Assembly: GCA_040954595.2 (NCBI GenBank)
Contig: CM082577.2
Span: forward strand, 13,461,903 to 13,525,902
DNA length: 64,000 nucleotides
DNA from: Balanoglossus misakiensis
Taxonomy: Eukaryota; Animalia; Hemichordata
Direction of reading: 5' to 3'
The position numbers and the translations under genes are program-made. Of this stretch, positions 25,351 through 38,912 are shown in pieces. Within the stretch, counting starts at the first letter, position 1. Each line of letters opens with the position of its first letter. The notes under the pieces are model-generated. The model was given only the letters and a program-made list of their open reading frames with translations. It was not told where the DNA came from and made no database searches.

Positions 25351-25899
25351 CAAGTACATGTACATATCATCATAAAATTGTGCCAAAAATTCAGGCGCAC
25401 CATCAGAAATACCCTAAACTTTCCGGGTGGGCTGTTGAAAAGTGGACAGGTTGTCACCAAAACAATCAGTTGGGTTCAAGATCATCTGCAGTTTGAATAT
25501 TATAATTGCACAAGGCTTGTGGAAACCTAGCTCTGTCAGGTAAGCTTGGCTTTGTGTCTTACGGCCTCCCACCACAGCAGCCCTGCTGACTCCCAATACT
25601 AGGCTAAGCTGGCAGATTTACAATTGATCTGTTGCACAGTAGTTTCACAGAGAATTTCCATCTGTGAACCAAAACTCGTGCACAGATTGCAGTTACAGGG
25701 CATACCTCATTCATACAGGACAACGAAGCACCTCACAACTTGTACAACGGCCCCCTTTTGAACTTTCTGAGAGGAAATTCGCAGCCATCTTGAATCTCGC
25801 TTCCCCCCGGAAATTACGCGCATGTGCATGAGACGATCTGGAGCCTTTAAATAAAGGTAACTGAGTTCAAGTAATACACAACAGGCAGTGAATGTATTT

Positions 25900-28150
25900 G
25901 AATACAGTTATTTTTATTATCCAATATCAGACCAATATCACATGCAATCATATAAATACAAGCAATACTGTTACAAATAAAGCAAACCCCCACAAGAATC
26001 ACAATATTCAGAATTAAGGTCTGAATGAGTTAAGGTAAGTGTTCACCTGACGAGCCACTTGTGAGCATTGTGAAAAAGGCGCAACTCTGAATACATTATA
26101 AATATGATTGTGACTTCTAGTCACCATGAAAACGAATAAATTTTCCTGAGACATGTGCAGAGAAAACAGCTGTAGCACCCTCTCAACGAAAACTGTGGCC
26201 AGAGAAGACACTTGGTGGAAAACCTGCCCGGTCAAGCAAAGTGCACAGTTTGGTTGTGAAACCTTTTGTGTGTGAGGACAGACAGTTTTGACCCATTGGG
26301 TACACAACTGCTTTTGCAGTACTTTGGGGCAGGGATTATTGATATACCATGTATAGTGCACTACCGAAGGTAAATAAAGTGGTGAACCAGTGAGGGATAT
26401 AATTGGGATGGAATGCACTCGGTTAAGACTCTGATTTGTCTTCGACCATGTGATTGCAATGACCACCACAGTAGGAGGAACTTAAAATTCCTACGGGAAA
26501 GGTGGACTGTAGGGTCAAACTTCCCCTCGTCTAGGGGAACCAAAATGGACTTTCGCAGAAACAAGTGGAATGCCGTGAGAAAAGCAGCCCACAGAGTAAT
26601 ATCTCCAGGCGAGGATAAATCCAAAAACTGGAGAATCGATAACAAAATGCCTGCGGTAATAGCTAATTTACGTATGGGGACCCAGAGAATACAGTGGGAA
26701 ATCCCTTGTGTTAAACGTGGTAAAATAGGGTGGACTATCTGCCCATCAAATCCATTAAACTCATGCAAAAGTCTTGCAGCGTTCATGTATTGCTACTGTG
26801 TACTTACTGTTTCTGACATGACCTGAATAAAAAAAAATTGTTCGTGGAGATGCTGGAATTGGTGTCATGCCAAAATGAAGGCAAAAGATAAGGTAAGTCT
26901 TCCACTAGGAATCAAAATTTCGCACATAGGGTGGCGTCAATTTCTGATTCAGGCAACCTTATCCTTTGGGGTTTGTTTCTGCTCCTGTAGAAAGGTCAGA
27001 GATATTACCAATTGTTGTTTACACTGAAATAAATTGTCATCAATGTGATGATTTCTCGTGCCTCGGCCTCTAGTCAGCTTAACAAAACGATGGCGACTGC
27101 TGCTATTTAGCTCCCAACGGCTAAGGGCGTCTGTCACCCTGTTTTCTTGGCCATGGAGATGCACTGCTTTGATTTGGAATTGATGCGTAGCTGCTGTGTT
27201 TTCATGTGATCTCGTGTGCAGCCGGCATTGACATTGGCTTCATTATTGCACTGAATAATCAACCTACGACCAACCAGTTGGTCAGCCCATGCTATGACCA
27301 CAGTCATCATTTCTAAACAGCTGATGTGGAACTCAGAACTGCGTACATGTTCTGGAAACTGACAATGAAAGTATTCATTCAGGTATGTGCCCCCCCCCCC
27401 AACACCCAAAAGTCAAGCATCTGCTGTGAGTAATTCATCAAATAATAACCAATCTTCAATTGGTACTAATGATGTGCTGTTGAAATCATCTAAGAAAGTC
27501 AGCAACCACCGATGCCTTTTTTTATTTCTGAGTTTATGTTGAAACGGTGGTGATTGCACCTGAGTTTGGGCACAGTAATGTTATTGATTGTGTCAAACTT
27601 GCGGCCTCATAAAACCATGACTGCCAGACTGGTGCTGGTTGACAGGCTTTCTCCTTTGTTTCATCAAGCCCTCTGCTCTGAAGCAGGTTCGCTGAATGGG
27701 AGAAGGCTGGTTCAAGCTCTTTAGGGGACTCAGCTCCCCAGAAATCGTCAAGATGTTGGTTGTTTGCTGACTAGCTATAGAAACTGCACAATCCAAACGG
27801 CATTTTCGAATCAAAATACATGTCTCTCCATGAATAACATAATAAAAAGTAAACCCGAGGGTCAACAGGGATTTGGTGACAGGCTCTTTTTAAATCTCTC
27901 TTGTGAAGTTAACAAGCTGTACCCTTCTTTCTGATTATGTCAGCCATCTTGTCTATTCCTGGGTATGTCAGTGAAAGGAGGCCATCCAAATAGGTGTAGG
28001 GATGCCATCATTCACAGAATGGCCACTGGGTAACTCAAATCCACCACAACCCTCCTGTCTGTGAAATTTTATTTCTCGACTGTAAGTAATGTGGAAAGAA
28101 TGATGGGTTTGTCAAATGGGCACTCTTAAAATGGGCCAATTATACTGTCA
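25900..28150 (-). mobile_element. Decayed tyrosine-recombinase retrotransposon (DIRS/Ngaro-like): RT, RNase H and YR remnants
   Basis: RT: IIGPF..PF, RRVVVDLSYP..SVNDGIP, LTYPGID..LHKRDLKRACHQIPVDP. RNase H: HISCLEMMTVVIA..LIIQCNNEA..HLHGQENRVTDALSR. YR: KLAITAGIL..LWAAFLTAFHLFLRKSILVP..FDPTVHL..WSKTNQ. Many stops, frameshifts and deletions. Confidence 0.85.
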
Positions 28151-28231
28151 ACAAATGGTTTTCTTTGGTAGTGTATGTATCAACATGGTCTTCATATCAG
28201 CGCGAACGCAAGCTCGTCAAATGACCGTTAA

Positions 28232-28722
28232 AGGCACGTAAGCTGCAACTGGATAAAAAATTAAAGTTTTAAATAATCTCATATATGCTTTTAATTATGT
28301 CTATTAAATATTTCATGATAATTTATCAAGCTCAACACTTAATTATGACAAAATGGCCAAAAATTAAAGAAAAACGAAAATTCCTGCAATTTTAAAAAAA
28401 GGGCAATATTGCAATGAAAAATGAAAATCTGATGTCTCAGTGGTGAACATTTACTTCCATGAGCTCAAGTGGATGAGATCATGTTTTGTTTATGAAGTTT
28501 CACAACCGGAAATGCAACATTTTCATTGTTTCTTGCATTTTCCCACGGTGGCGGCCATAATCTCTTGCGGCAAAGCTTTATTATTTATCTGGTTAAAACT
28601 TGCATATGCACTCATATTTAGGGTTTATAATGCTTGTGTATAGTTCACTGCATGGACTAATGGTAGTTCAGTTTGAAACAAAAATTATGAAAATTATCCC
28701 AAAAGTTACAGCTTACGAGCCT
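28232..28722. mobile_element. Kolobok-like MITE with TTAA TSD
   Basis: TTAA|AGGCACGTAAGCTGCAACT ... AGTTACAGCTTACGAGCCT|TTAA: 19-bp TIR with 2 mismatches and purine-purine termini. Confidence 0.75.
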
Positions 28723-30391
28723 TTAATCATGGTGTTTTCTAAACTTTGCAGCGCCCCCAACGTTATCTTGTTTTCAAATGCGGAAGTGGTGTGCTGATTT
28801 CCCGCGTAATTTTCTAAGCTTATTTACGTCGAAATAATCGTATTTTACCATTCATTGTCACCATTTATCGATAGTTTGTAGTTTAAGCTATTAAACGACA
28901 CATTTTTACCGAAATATCTTGATAAACCTTACGGAAAACTGATAAAACTTACAGTGACCCGAAATTTGGAAAAATAATAAACATCGAATTTATAGTGTTT
29001 TAAGAGGTGCAGCACTTTCTTATAAAAAATAATTGTAACATTTTGAAACGATTTTTGGTAATTTCAATATATATTGACGATTTGCGAAAAAAAATTTGTG
29101 TACCCCCATGGGTCTTACAAAATCGTCCCTGATTACAAGTGCAACAATTCCGTTCTATTGCATGTATAGTATACGTAGCGTGAGCGTCTCCTCGTGGGTG
29201 AACTGAATTTTCGTGACATGTTGATGTGATATTGCTTTTCATACCTCGAAGACTTACTTTTACAAAGGTTCTGACCAAAAAAAAGAGCGATTTTCAATTG
29301 TCTACTTGTCGTATTGGTGTCCGGGACTATTGTCTGGCTCAAACGGAGCTCCATCGTGTGTCGGTCACGTCATATCGGCTTATTATGAAAATGATCGGTA
29401 GTTTGAAAACGGCCTTTCGGTACTGCACTACGCTCTTTGGCTTATTATGAAAAAGACCGACAGAGTTTGAAATGATCGGTAGTTTGAAAACCGCCTTTCG
29501 GCACTGGTGTTTATCAGCCAACATTGGCACTACGTTTAGTGGCCGACAAAGTGTGAAAATGATCGGTTGTTTTTAACACCTATATCGGCATAGAACAATT
29601 AATAGACGACGACACAGCATTTTTGTACAATTCTAGTCTTTATTGTTGATCATGATCGCACTGACGTGTAACACACTCAATTACAACCCAAACATTCACC
29701 CTCACAACCCCCCTCGGCCCCCCCCCCCCACGAAGTAATGGTATCACACGGGGTAAAGTTAGTGCCGTATACTTGTACGTACGATACACCAGATCCCACT
29801 TGTACATGGTTCACTAAGATGTGCAGCAAATTTTTATACAAGCTCTAAGGAAGGTAACATTTTCCAGTATTACAGCTAAGTAAACAATCTAGGGTTCGAA
29901 CACAGTTTTTTTTGTACCACTTACCACTTGCAGTTTTCGAAATATTCGTCTCGAAACATTGAAAATTGCAATTTTTACGACTAAACAAACAATACTACGA
30001 TCTCATAAAAAACTACTAGCATAATTATCTGACCTTATGAAGACACAAAAATTGAACTCGATACAGTTGGAGGACCACTTTCCACAATCAAATCGTCGTT
30101 TAAAAAAACACACGAGGATATCCGAAGATACACGGCCTGATTTCTGACGGTGTTGTTTTCATGAAATTTATCACGTGACCTCTGCTAAATGCGCGCCCTC
30201 TATGAGAGCAACCTGCTTTCCGGCTGTATGTGTAAGCAGATTTGTGATTGGTAGTGACAGAGCTAGGTTGTTGTGGTGCGGTATCAATCCTTTGGGCCCT
30301 GATACGGGTTTTGGGACGGCGGCGCGAACCATCGTATGACCGAAGTGGTGCAATATCCGTATCAGGGCTGGAAAGGTTTTATCATGCCTGG

Positions 30392-31184
30392 TGTTACGAC
30401 CCGCAGGCCGTCCGAGCCAAAAATATGCGGAGAATAGAGAGGCCAATTTACCTGACCGGGTGGCTTGTTTTACACTTTAACCGGCCAACAGGCCGCAGCA
30501 AAATAAATGATCAAAGACAGCACACTTACAACGAACCAGTCTATTTACAATGTTAATTTAATTACAGATACGAGTAAAATTCACAAATATGTCAACTAAT
30601 ATTTACAATCAAGTACAAACTAAACTAACGAGCGTGACCAGGTGACCAAACAAAATCCCTACCAAGTTCAAAGTCTCACAAACAGTTCGGCGTCTCGACG
30701 CACGACGATACTGGAGTTTCACTCGACGCACAGCAATTCTGGCCTTTCTGTCCGTTTTAAGCCGGGGTACAAAAGAGACAGCCGCGTATTACCTCAAACT
30801 GCATATCCACCGTGTAGACCACAGACATCCACGTATTACCTCCAATGCAGTTCCACAGTGACACGGAGACGCGCTCCCTCAGGACGGCTCCCAAATTCCA
30901 TGCTGCGTCCTCGAAAACATCCACCACGACTTCACAAGTCCCTTCGGCAGTGTCAATCCTCAGCTACCACAGTAGACAGGCACTCCGTACGGTGGACTCC
31001 AAAACTCCTCCAAGGCGACGGCACAGCTACCAGACCAGAATCAAAATGAGCCACACGACAACGTGGCACTGGGTGGCTTTTATACGACTAAAAACTAACA
31101 CCTGGTCACGCTAATATGCTAAATAAAGAAATCAACATAGGTGCACCTGGCCACGAAACAAAACAAATAAGAAACTTCATCACA
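30392..31184 (-). mobile_element. Solo LTR (Gypsy-like), 793 bp
   Basis: TGT...ACA termini with a 4-bp TSD CTGG (30388-30391 and 31185-31188). On the minus strand, TATAAAA near 31080 and an ATTAAA poly(A)-like signal near 30560. Confidence 0.7.
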
Positions 31185-32447
31185 CTGGATTAACGAGCCC
31201 ATGTAAGTCTATGGGAAAAAACGCCCTCTCACCCGTGCAAGTTTTTTTTTTTTTTTGGCTTTTCACGCCCCGGCGCGGTGACCATACTTCAAGGTCGATG
31301 ACGCGCGTTCAATATCCGGATCTACTTTTGTTTTTATTCCGCGAGATTTAAAAGCGCTACCGAAAACATGACACCCGGTCCATCCTACCAATAGCAGCTG
31401 CAGCTTGCTCGCGATGTCTCCAGCTACATTTTTTTAACAAATGTACTATCGATGTGGTTATGCCATCGACAACTGGAGCTGCAAGATCACCTGCGTTCGT
31501 CACAGTGATGTACGACTGACATAGTAAGTAGCGAGACCTCCAGGCACTAGGCAGCGCCGGTGATGGGGACCGCGTTCGAGCACTTTGTCATTCGGAGAGA
31601 CTAAATTGCGGTTCTAAACCTTTACTGTTTGAATGCTATTCTAAAATAGTTTTAATGTTCATTGAAATTGTTATTGCTATGTTCTGAATGCCATTTGTCT
31701 GGTATCAGTGCCAGACTAGTCAGTGTTGCCTGTTTTGCACTGGCAGTGTGTGTACGTCCAATGGCCATGGTGCACAGTGTATGCCGCTACCGAATCCCAT
31801 CCTCTCCCGTACTCGCTGCATGTTGTAGAGCTTTCTTTGGAAATATGATCATCTCAGTAAAATGGATGATTTGATCTGATTATTGTGTGACTGTCGGCGT
31901 CGTTCGTTGCGAGGAAAAAATAATTATATCTCGCTCGCGCTCGGCTGTGTGAGTTTGGATCACATCTACATCTCAGGGGCAACAGAATGTAAACAAATGA
32001 CATGCAAATCAATCCACAAGAGATGGAGGAATACGCGGCTCTATGCTATTGTTGGTATACGCAATAATAATGGGTTGTTAATATACCGCACGATCAAGAT
32101 GTTTTACAGTTGTTGTTAATATTTTTATTACCTCTGGGCCTGAAAGTATTATTATTGTTATCATTTTAACACGATTTCGCCTCTAAAATGCATTTAGGAA
32201 AGGTTATTCAACATAAAATTGCAGAAATAATGCCTTTGCCGTGACGCCAATATAATATTGTAGATTTTGTAGAGAAGAATTACAAAAGAGTCTTGAAATT
32301 TTTTAAAACTTCATGCTTTACAGATCGTGCTTACTTGATTCTTTTTGCCACTAAAAGAGGATTTACACGTACTTGATTAACTCAGTGTTACTTAGTAAAT
32401 GTTTATTCACTAGAAGGACTTCATGGGATTCTTCTGCGTGGTTCTAT

Positions 32448-32746
32448 TTAGTTTTCGGTAAGGCTGGCCAACAACCGTCTCTCGCCCGTGTATCCCAACC
32501 TCGCGTGACCCACATAGATGTTATCCAAGACTAGGATATCGCTCTCCTGCATCTGAAATCCAACAGACTCGTTCCACAATACTTCTCGAATGTGCTGTAT
32601 GGCCTCGTCTTCGATTTCGCTTCCGTCGCCGTAGTAAGCGTGGGCGGGGTATTTGTCGTTTGGTAGGTGAAGCGAAGTCCATGTCCGGTAGTGTTTTAAG
32701 AACGAGGAGTGATGAGCATGCATTTCATTTAACCATACTTCTTGGC
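32448..32746 (-). pseudogene. Orphan last exon of a TauD/TfdA-family (clavaminate synthase/SyrP/DdaC-like) Fe(II)/2OG dioxygenase; open frame
   Basis: Acceptor TTGCAG, then GQEVWLNEMH..YYGDGSEIEDEAIQHIREVLWNESVGFQMQESDILVLDNIYVGHARLGYTGERRLLASLTEN*, with the DN...HAR..Y.G.R C-terminal motif. No upstream exons found on this strand. Confidence 0.8.
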
Positions 32747-32976
32747 CTGCAACAATGTTCAACAGGTAGAGATTTACACAAGGAAAAAAACGCAATAGAA
32801 CCTGTCGTTTATCACAAGCTTTTGCCATCCACGACGTAGGCAGTCATTCATGACTGCATAATGATTTCACAATTTCATCCCATGCACTTTTCTGTACGTG
32901 ACATGATGACATTCGCAAAATAGCGAAGATTTTTCTAATTTTGGAAAGAAAACCAACCCCATTACCCTCCATGCAG

Positions 32977-33341
32977 GGGTTTCTTCACTGAAAATAAAGC
33001 AGACGTTGAGACTGAAGTACGTGGCAGACCACGGCAGGAATTATCGTTGGGAAGATGATAGCGCCCTCACATACTGGTTTGCAACTCATCCGAAAACGGG
33101 TGAGTTATTTAGTGTATGGACCAAAGGAGTTTACCGTGCACCCCAACCCCCCCTCGAGTGTGCCTGTATTATTTACTGTCTGTTTAAAAAATAAAAGATA
33201 ATTGCATTAAAAGTTTTGGGATGATCTCCCGTATGAACAAAGAGTGAGTTTGAAAACAGGAGATGACAAATCTACCCTCAAACCCTATCGGGGCACCGAT
33301 AAGTTGTGAAAAAACCCACCGCCGCCGCCACCGCCACCACC

Positions 33342-33373
<32 letters not shown>

Positions 33374-33904
33374 CAACAACAATAACGACAACAAAAAATA
33401 ACTATTCCTGAATCGCAATCATAGAGAGGGAAGTGAGTAGGGACAGGTAGTAAAACGTGATACGTTTATGGCTCATTTTGAGGCGAAAATACCTTTAATA
33501 TCAAATGAATGATGATTTTTAAATGATGGGACCGATTTGGACTGGAATGCCTTTTCATTAAAATTACCTTTTTGTGACAAGACGTGCATTGAATTTTATT
33601 GCAGGACAAGGAGTATGGTTCAATCAAATGAATACTCATCACGGCTCCTATTTTGGGTATCATTGCAATTGGGCTCACCTCGACATCCACGTGGAGAAGT
33701 ACCCCCTTTCACTGTTACTATGGAGATGGAAGCGAAATCGAACCCGAGGCTTTACAGCACGAGCGAGAAGTGTTGTGGGAAGTGTCTGGTTGATTTCAGA
33801 TGCAGAAGTGTGACAGTCTGGCGAATGATAACCTCTATGAAGGTCATTCAAGGTTGGGGTTTTACGGAGAGAGACGATTCTTGGTCAGCCTTACCACGGA
33901 CTGA
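32977..33904 (+). pseudogene. TauD/TfdA-like dioxygenase pseudogene, last two exons
   Basis: Exon 32977-33099 (FFTENKADVE/KYVADHGRNYRWEDDSALTYW..THPKTG, frameshifted). Exon 33605-33904 (GQGVWFNQM..YP/FHCYYGDGSEIE..G*FQMQ..DNLYEGHSRLGFYGERR) with a frameshift at about 33702-33706 and TGA at 33791. Confidence 0.85.
33318..33395. repeat. Compound trinucleotide microsatellite (CCG)(CCA)(CAA)
   Basis: Read directly; lies in the pseudogene intron. Confidence 0.9.
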
Positions 33905-35526
33905 AGGGGAACTCTATTTTAATTAGGGACGTTCCTGGACAGCGGTAACTTTCTGTTGCCTCCCTAGAATAAACCTTTTAAGCAGGTTTTTGTTTTAACA
34001 CGTCGATTAAAACCACAACCAACGTCAGCTTTGCACTTTAAACTGGACAATTTGTTTATGACTTAAAAATTGGCCGGTAAAACTAACGTAAAATCAATAG
34101 TTTTGACAACATGATTATACAATCAACCAAGATCAGATGCCTTCCTTGTGTATCTAGAGACTAATCTTCTTCTACCAATGTCTCTAGATTGGAGGATCAA
34201 GTTATAGGTCAAGGTGTGTTGAGAAAGAAACTATGAATAAAATCTTAAAGTTCTTCGACGGAGGAGTCGATGGTTTACAAACCTGTAAAAATACAGACTT
34301 CCGTCAGTATAGTCATTTGGGCCTAATTTTCTCATATTGTTCTAATTGTGAACAGCAGTGTTATTTTAAAGTGTCCAGATTCCGCTAAGTGTTAGATGCA
34401 TGGCCGGACCCCATGACTAAGACTCTCTACGTTGATATTACGCTGTATAACAAGAGAAATGACTTCGAGTTCACTATCACCATTTTCCAAACACCCTTGT
34501 ATTTGGTGTGTTGCATAGCGCCAATATATTCGGAGAATGTATTGGTTGTTTAGATTTAGGCCATGCTACTTTTCTTACCGCGAAGGTGTCCTCGAAATGT
34601 AATTCGACCACGAGGCGGCGCTCGACCACACAACTGTGATAACATCGACATGGATGTCTGAAATGAGTCGTTATCACAACAGCGCCATCAATGCAAGAAA
34701 AATGCACTGTCGTGACCGTGTGCGCAAAGATGAACGGTCGATATCGCGGAGCCTAATGACCACGTCATGTTTATAGATAACCTATGCCCAGGCACAGACA
34801 TACAGATTTGCCTGATATCACAGAACGCCAGTGCCTTGTGACTTTGCTTAAATACCACATATGATAGGAAACGTACGTATTTGTATTCTCCACCCGAAAT
34901 CTCTGAGGTGAAAATTTTAATTACTTCAACTGAATGTTCACCACCCTTTCGCCACCAATAGTTCAACACAGACAAACAAAACGTCTCAGGTCAGTTATCG
35001 AGAAAGCTATAAATCAAACGTCAACACAATACCGTTTTCTGTGACACCCCCTCTTGAAAATTGTAAGGCCGGTTAAACAACGTTGCTACTTGTACTTTGC
35101 TCTTCTATCAAATGTTAAGTGCGCACAATCGACAAAGTTCGGCCACAGTTCAGACAAAACTAAATCACTTGATCTTCTGTACCGCGCCTGACCGTTCGTC
35201 ATATTGCTATTTTCAGAATGCTCGGAAAGCTACGCGACATCTCCGATCTTATCGTCAATTGCACCAAGCTTACACTCTTGTAAAGATTTAATAATGGATT
35301 TTTTCTCCTGGCCTATGAAAAAAATGGGGCCCTCAATTTCGACATTTGAACGAGATATTTTACATGGACATGAGCACAATTATGATCGGAGTGTAAATGC
35401 TGCCATGTAGTGACAGGGGTACACCGTCCTGCTTTTGGCTTTGAAACGTGCTCACAAAGTGGAAACAAAATTTAACCCAAACATGGGGAAACGACGAACC
35501 AAGTGCGCATTTCCTTCATGAATGCT

Positions 35527-37409
35527 CTATATAGAAAATGGCCACTGTTCGCGTTGCTGTGCACCTGTTTATAGAGTTGGTTATTCTTTTGTCAAATCAG
35601 AAGTGGGCTTGTACACATGAGATCTTTCGGATCTGGCCTGGAACAATGCTGCATTGTAGGAGGCATAACGCTGAAAATATTTCGCGTTATTTCCCCTTCG
35701 ATATAATGCAAAATACATAAACAGCTTAGTGCCTTGATCACACTCGAAATGCCAGAGTGACTGTTTCCAAAGAGACAATGCTATGTTATGCCCCCCTGTT
35801 GGATTCATTTGTGTCTGGATTTCAATTGGCCGCATTTCCGAAACTGCTATATTAATTCACGTATATCAGTACCTGCCCCGATTCCTCAACGTCTTATAAG
35901 AGAATAAGCCACGATTCAAACGTCTGTAAGTTCTGAATGTCCATCGCTTTATTTCGCGTGATCCTTAAATGTTATATTACAATCACCAGTCACGGTGAGT
36001 ATAACATATTCCTACAAAATGAACGCCTGTTAATCGTTAATAAAAGTAAATGGTACATAACTGAATTGTATTTTCTGATTCTAAAGGTCAGTTTTGTCAT
36101 GAGATACTGGAACAAGGCAAGAGTTTATTTTAATTCAAGGTCCTTCTCCGGAGATGATCTCATCACCAACAGAAGTGGTGGCGCCTGTCACGCGACCCTA
36201 TCATACGCCTTGCTAATTTGTCGACATGTAATAATTAGATTGGATAAGAAGTGATTGCGCACGAAAATAAATAAATAAATAAATAAATAGGATGTTGACA
36301 CTGTTTGAAACTGCGCCCTCATTAAAGCAACCTCCAGTTACAAGTTACTGTCCTTGAGTACAAATAAATCTGGGTGAGAAGGGTTCACTGAACGTTCATT
36401 CGGTCACAGGTGACAGTTTGACAATAACATGTCAATATTTTACTTTGACGATTTCTATTCGAATTTTCTATGTAGAAAATGGCTACTGTTCGCGTTGTTG
36501 TGCACCTGTTTATAGAGTTGGCTATTCTTTTGTCGAATCAGAAATTGGCTTGTACACATGAGTTCTTTCGGAGCTGGCCTAGAACAATGCTGCATTGTAG
36601 GAGGCATAACGCTGAAAATATTTCACGTTATTTCACCCTTCGATATAAATGCTAAATACATTTAACAGCTTAGTGCCTTGATCACACTCGAAATGCCAGA
36701 GTGACTGTTTCCAAAGAGACAATGCTATGTTACGCCCCCCTGTTGATTCATTTGTGTCTGAATTTCAGTTGGCCGCATTTTCGACACTGCTACATTAATT
36801 CACGTATATCAGTACCTGCCCCGATTCCTCCACATCTTATAAGAGAATAAGCCTCGATTCAAACGTCTGTAAGTTCTGAATGTCCATCGCTTTATTTCTT
36901 ATTTCGCTTAATCATTAAATGATATATTACAACCACCAGTCACGGTGAGTAGACCATATTCCTACAAAATGAACGCTTGTTAATCGTTATTAAAAGTAAA
37001 TGGTACATAACTGAATTGTATTTTCTGATTCTAAAGGTCAGTTTTGTCATGAGATACTGGAACAAGGCAAGAGTTTATTTTAATTCAGGGTCCTTCTCCG
37101 GAGATGATCTCATCACCAACAGAAGTGGTGGCGCCTGTCACGCGACCCTATCATACGCCTTGCTAATTTGTCGACATGTAATAATTAGATTGGCTAAGAA
37201 GTGATTGCGCACGAAAATAAATAAATAAATAAATAAATAGGATGTTGACACTGTTTGAAACTGCGCCCTCATTAAAGCAACCTCCAGTTACAAGTTACTG
37301 TCCTTGAGTACAAATAAATCTGGGTGAGAAGGGTTCACTGAACGTTCATTCGGTCACAGGTGACAGTTTGACAATAACATGTTGTCAATATTTTACTTTG
37401 ACGATTTCG
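35527..37409 (+). repeat. Tandem direct duplication of about 0.94 kb (35527-36457 / 36468-37409)
   Basis: Both copies start CTATRTAGAAAATGGCYACTGTTCGCG and end TTTACTTTGACGATTTC. ORFs 35937 and 36977 are duplicates. Confidence 0.92.
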
Positions 37410-38821
37410 ACCGGATGTCATGCTATCAGATGTTGCTATAGCAAAATACAACATGACACATTGAGAGAAGGACATGCGCAGGTAACGAGAGACGGAGACA
37501 AGCACAACTTATCACGGCAGCAAACATCCCCGGCAGTGTCGTATTTTCATAAACATCCACCTGGCCCAGAAATCATTTTCTTCGAGGAAATCACACACAA
37601 AGCTTCGTTTATCTAAAGAAGAAAACAAAAAAATAAGATGACTCGTGTCGTTTACTAGTACAGATGGCGTAAAATATGATATATTAATCTGCCATTGGTG
37701 ATTGTCAAGTTTTTCCAATGAAGGAAATATGTCTATGTAATCGCTCTCCCATTTTTTGAAAACCCTGTGGTAAATGTAAGTCCTCGGGAGATACAAAGAG
37801 CTAGGCAATCCTGTAATAAACTGGATGTAAATCTCTTAGTTCAAGTTAGCGGGCGAAGCATCTGTTTTTGCTTAAAGCAAGTTACTGGTTTGACAAACTT
37901 CACAATAACATTAGAATACAATGCAACACGCACGTCAGAGTTCGGGTCAAAAATTCGATGGAATAAATGGCTACAACGTGTGACGGCATTTAATTGTTTA
38001 TTAACCTGATATTTTTTTGATAGTTGAACCTCCCCTTTCAGCGCTGCGACATGCCCACAGATATCACATAATAACTAAACATTATGACTCAGTGTTCAGA
38101 AAATTACTCGATGTGAGAAATACATGTACTGTTATTGAGAAAAGTTTAAAAAAAGAAACGAAACAAACAGTCCCTATATTTAAGTTGTGCCGTTTGCAAA
38201 TGCTACAGATATGCACAAACATTTGTTTAAATCAAATCATGGCGTTATTGTTTGTACTCCATCACGTGACGAGAAGTAGCCAGTTAAAGTTTGTATACAA
38301 GTTCGTTGTAGGTCAGTGTAAAATTGCTATGACATGTGCTTTAAGGATCCTGTTGCGACGTTAATATGTGGCAACATATTTTGTAAGTATCACGATTTTC
38401 TTTCTTTCTGAATTCCAGAAAACGGCACGTATATGAACTTTTCTGGCATAGAAATATAATCTACTCTTTCCATGTGAATGCGTCGGAAAATATCGGTGAT
38501 GTGGACCAATATCAGATGACGTAATCGTACAAAATGTCGTGCCATTCCTGTTTGTGTGACAGCACTCCAGCTCCTGTATCCATAAGTGTGGCATTTCGAC
38601 CAGAATCCGGGTAATCACAACTTCGAGGGTAACCGTTTGGTTTGTTCTTCGGGTTGCCGTGGTTCATTGTATCATTTCGTTGTTGTTTTTTCAGGCAGTT
38701 GTGAAAGTTGAACATGCAACTCTTGCAGTGCACTTGACCCAGAAGGAACTGGCCAAACGGTTGTGTGCATGGTGGAGAGTGTTCTGGAGACGTAAGACAT
38801 ATATAGTTAGCTGTATTAAGA

Positions 38822-38851
38822 TGGAGAGAGAAAGAGAAAAGAGAGGTAGAG

Positions 38852-38910
<59 letters not shown>
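38822..38910. repeat. (GA)n microsatellite
   Basis: Read directly. Confidence 0.95.

Positions 38911-38912
<2 letters not shown>

Noticed and set aside
25780-25850. YY1- and NRF1-like motifs suggesting a minus-strand promoter
   Set aside because: It abuts GGAGCCT-TTAA, which resembles a Kolobok-type terminus, so it is more likely a TE end. No partner TIR or gene found.
34430-34490. ITLYNKRNDFEFTITIF, resembling a Penelope-like RT motif (LYDKRDDFNF)
   Set aside because: Too short, and no flanking RT or GIY-YIG similarity is visible.
38695-38791. AG/GT-bounded segment upstream of the RTK
   Set aside because: Could be a 5' UTR exon, but it has no recognisable coding content and no independent support.
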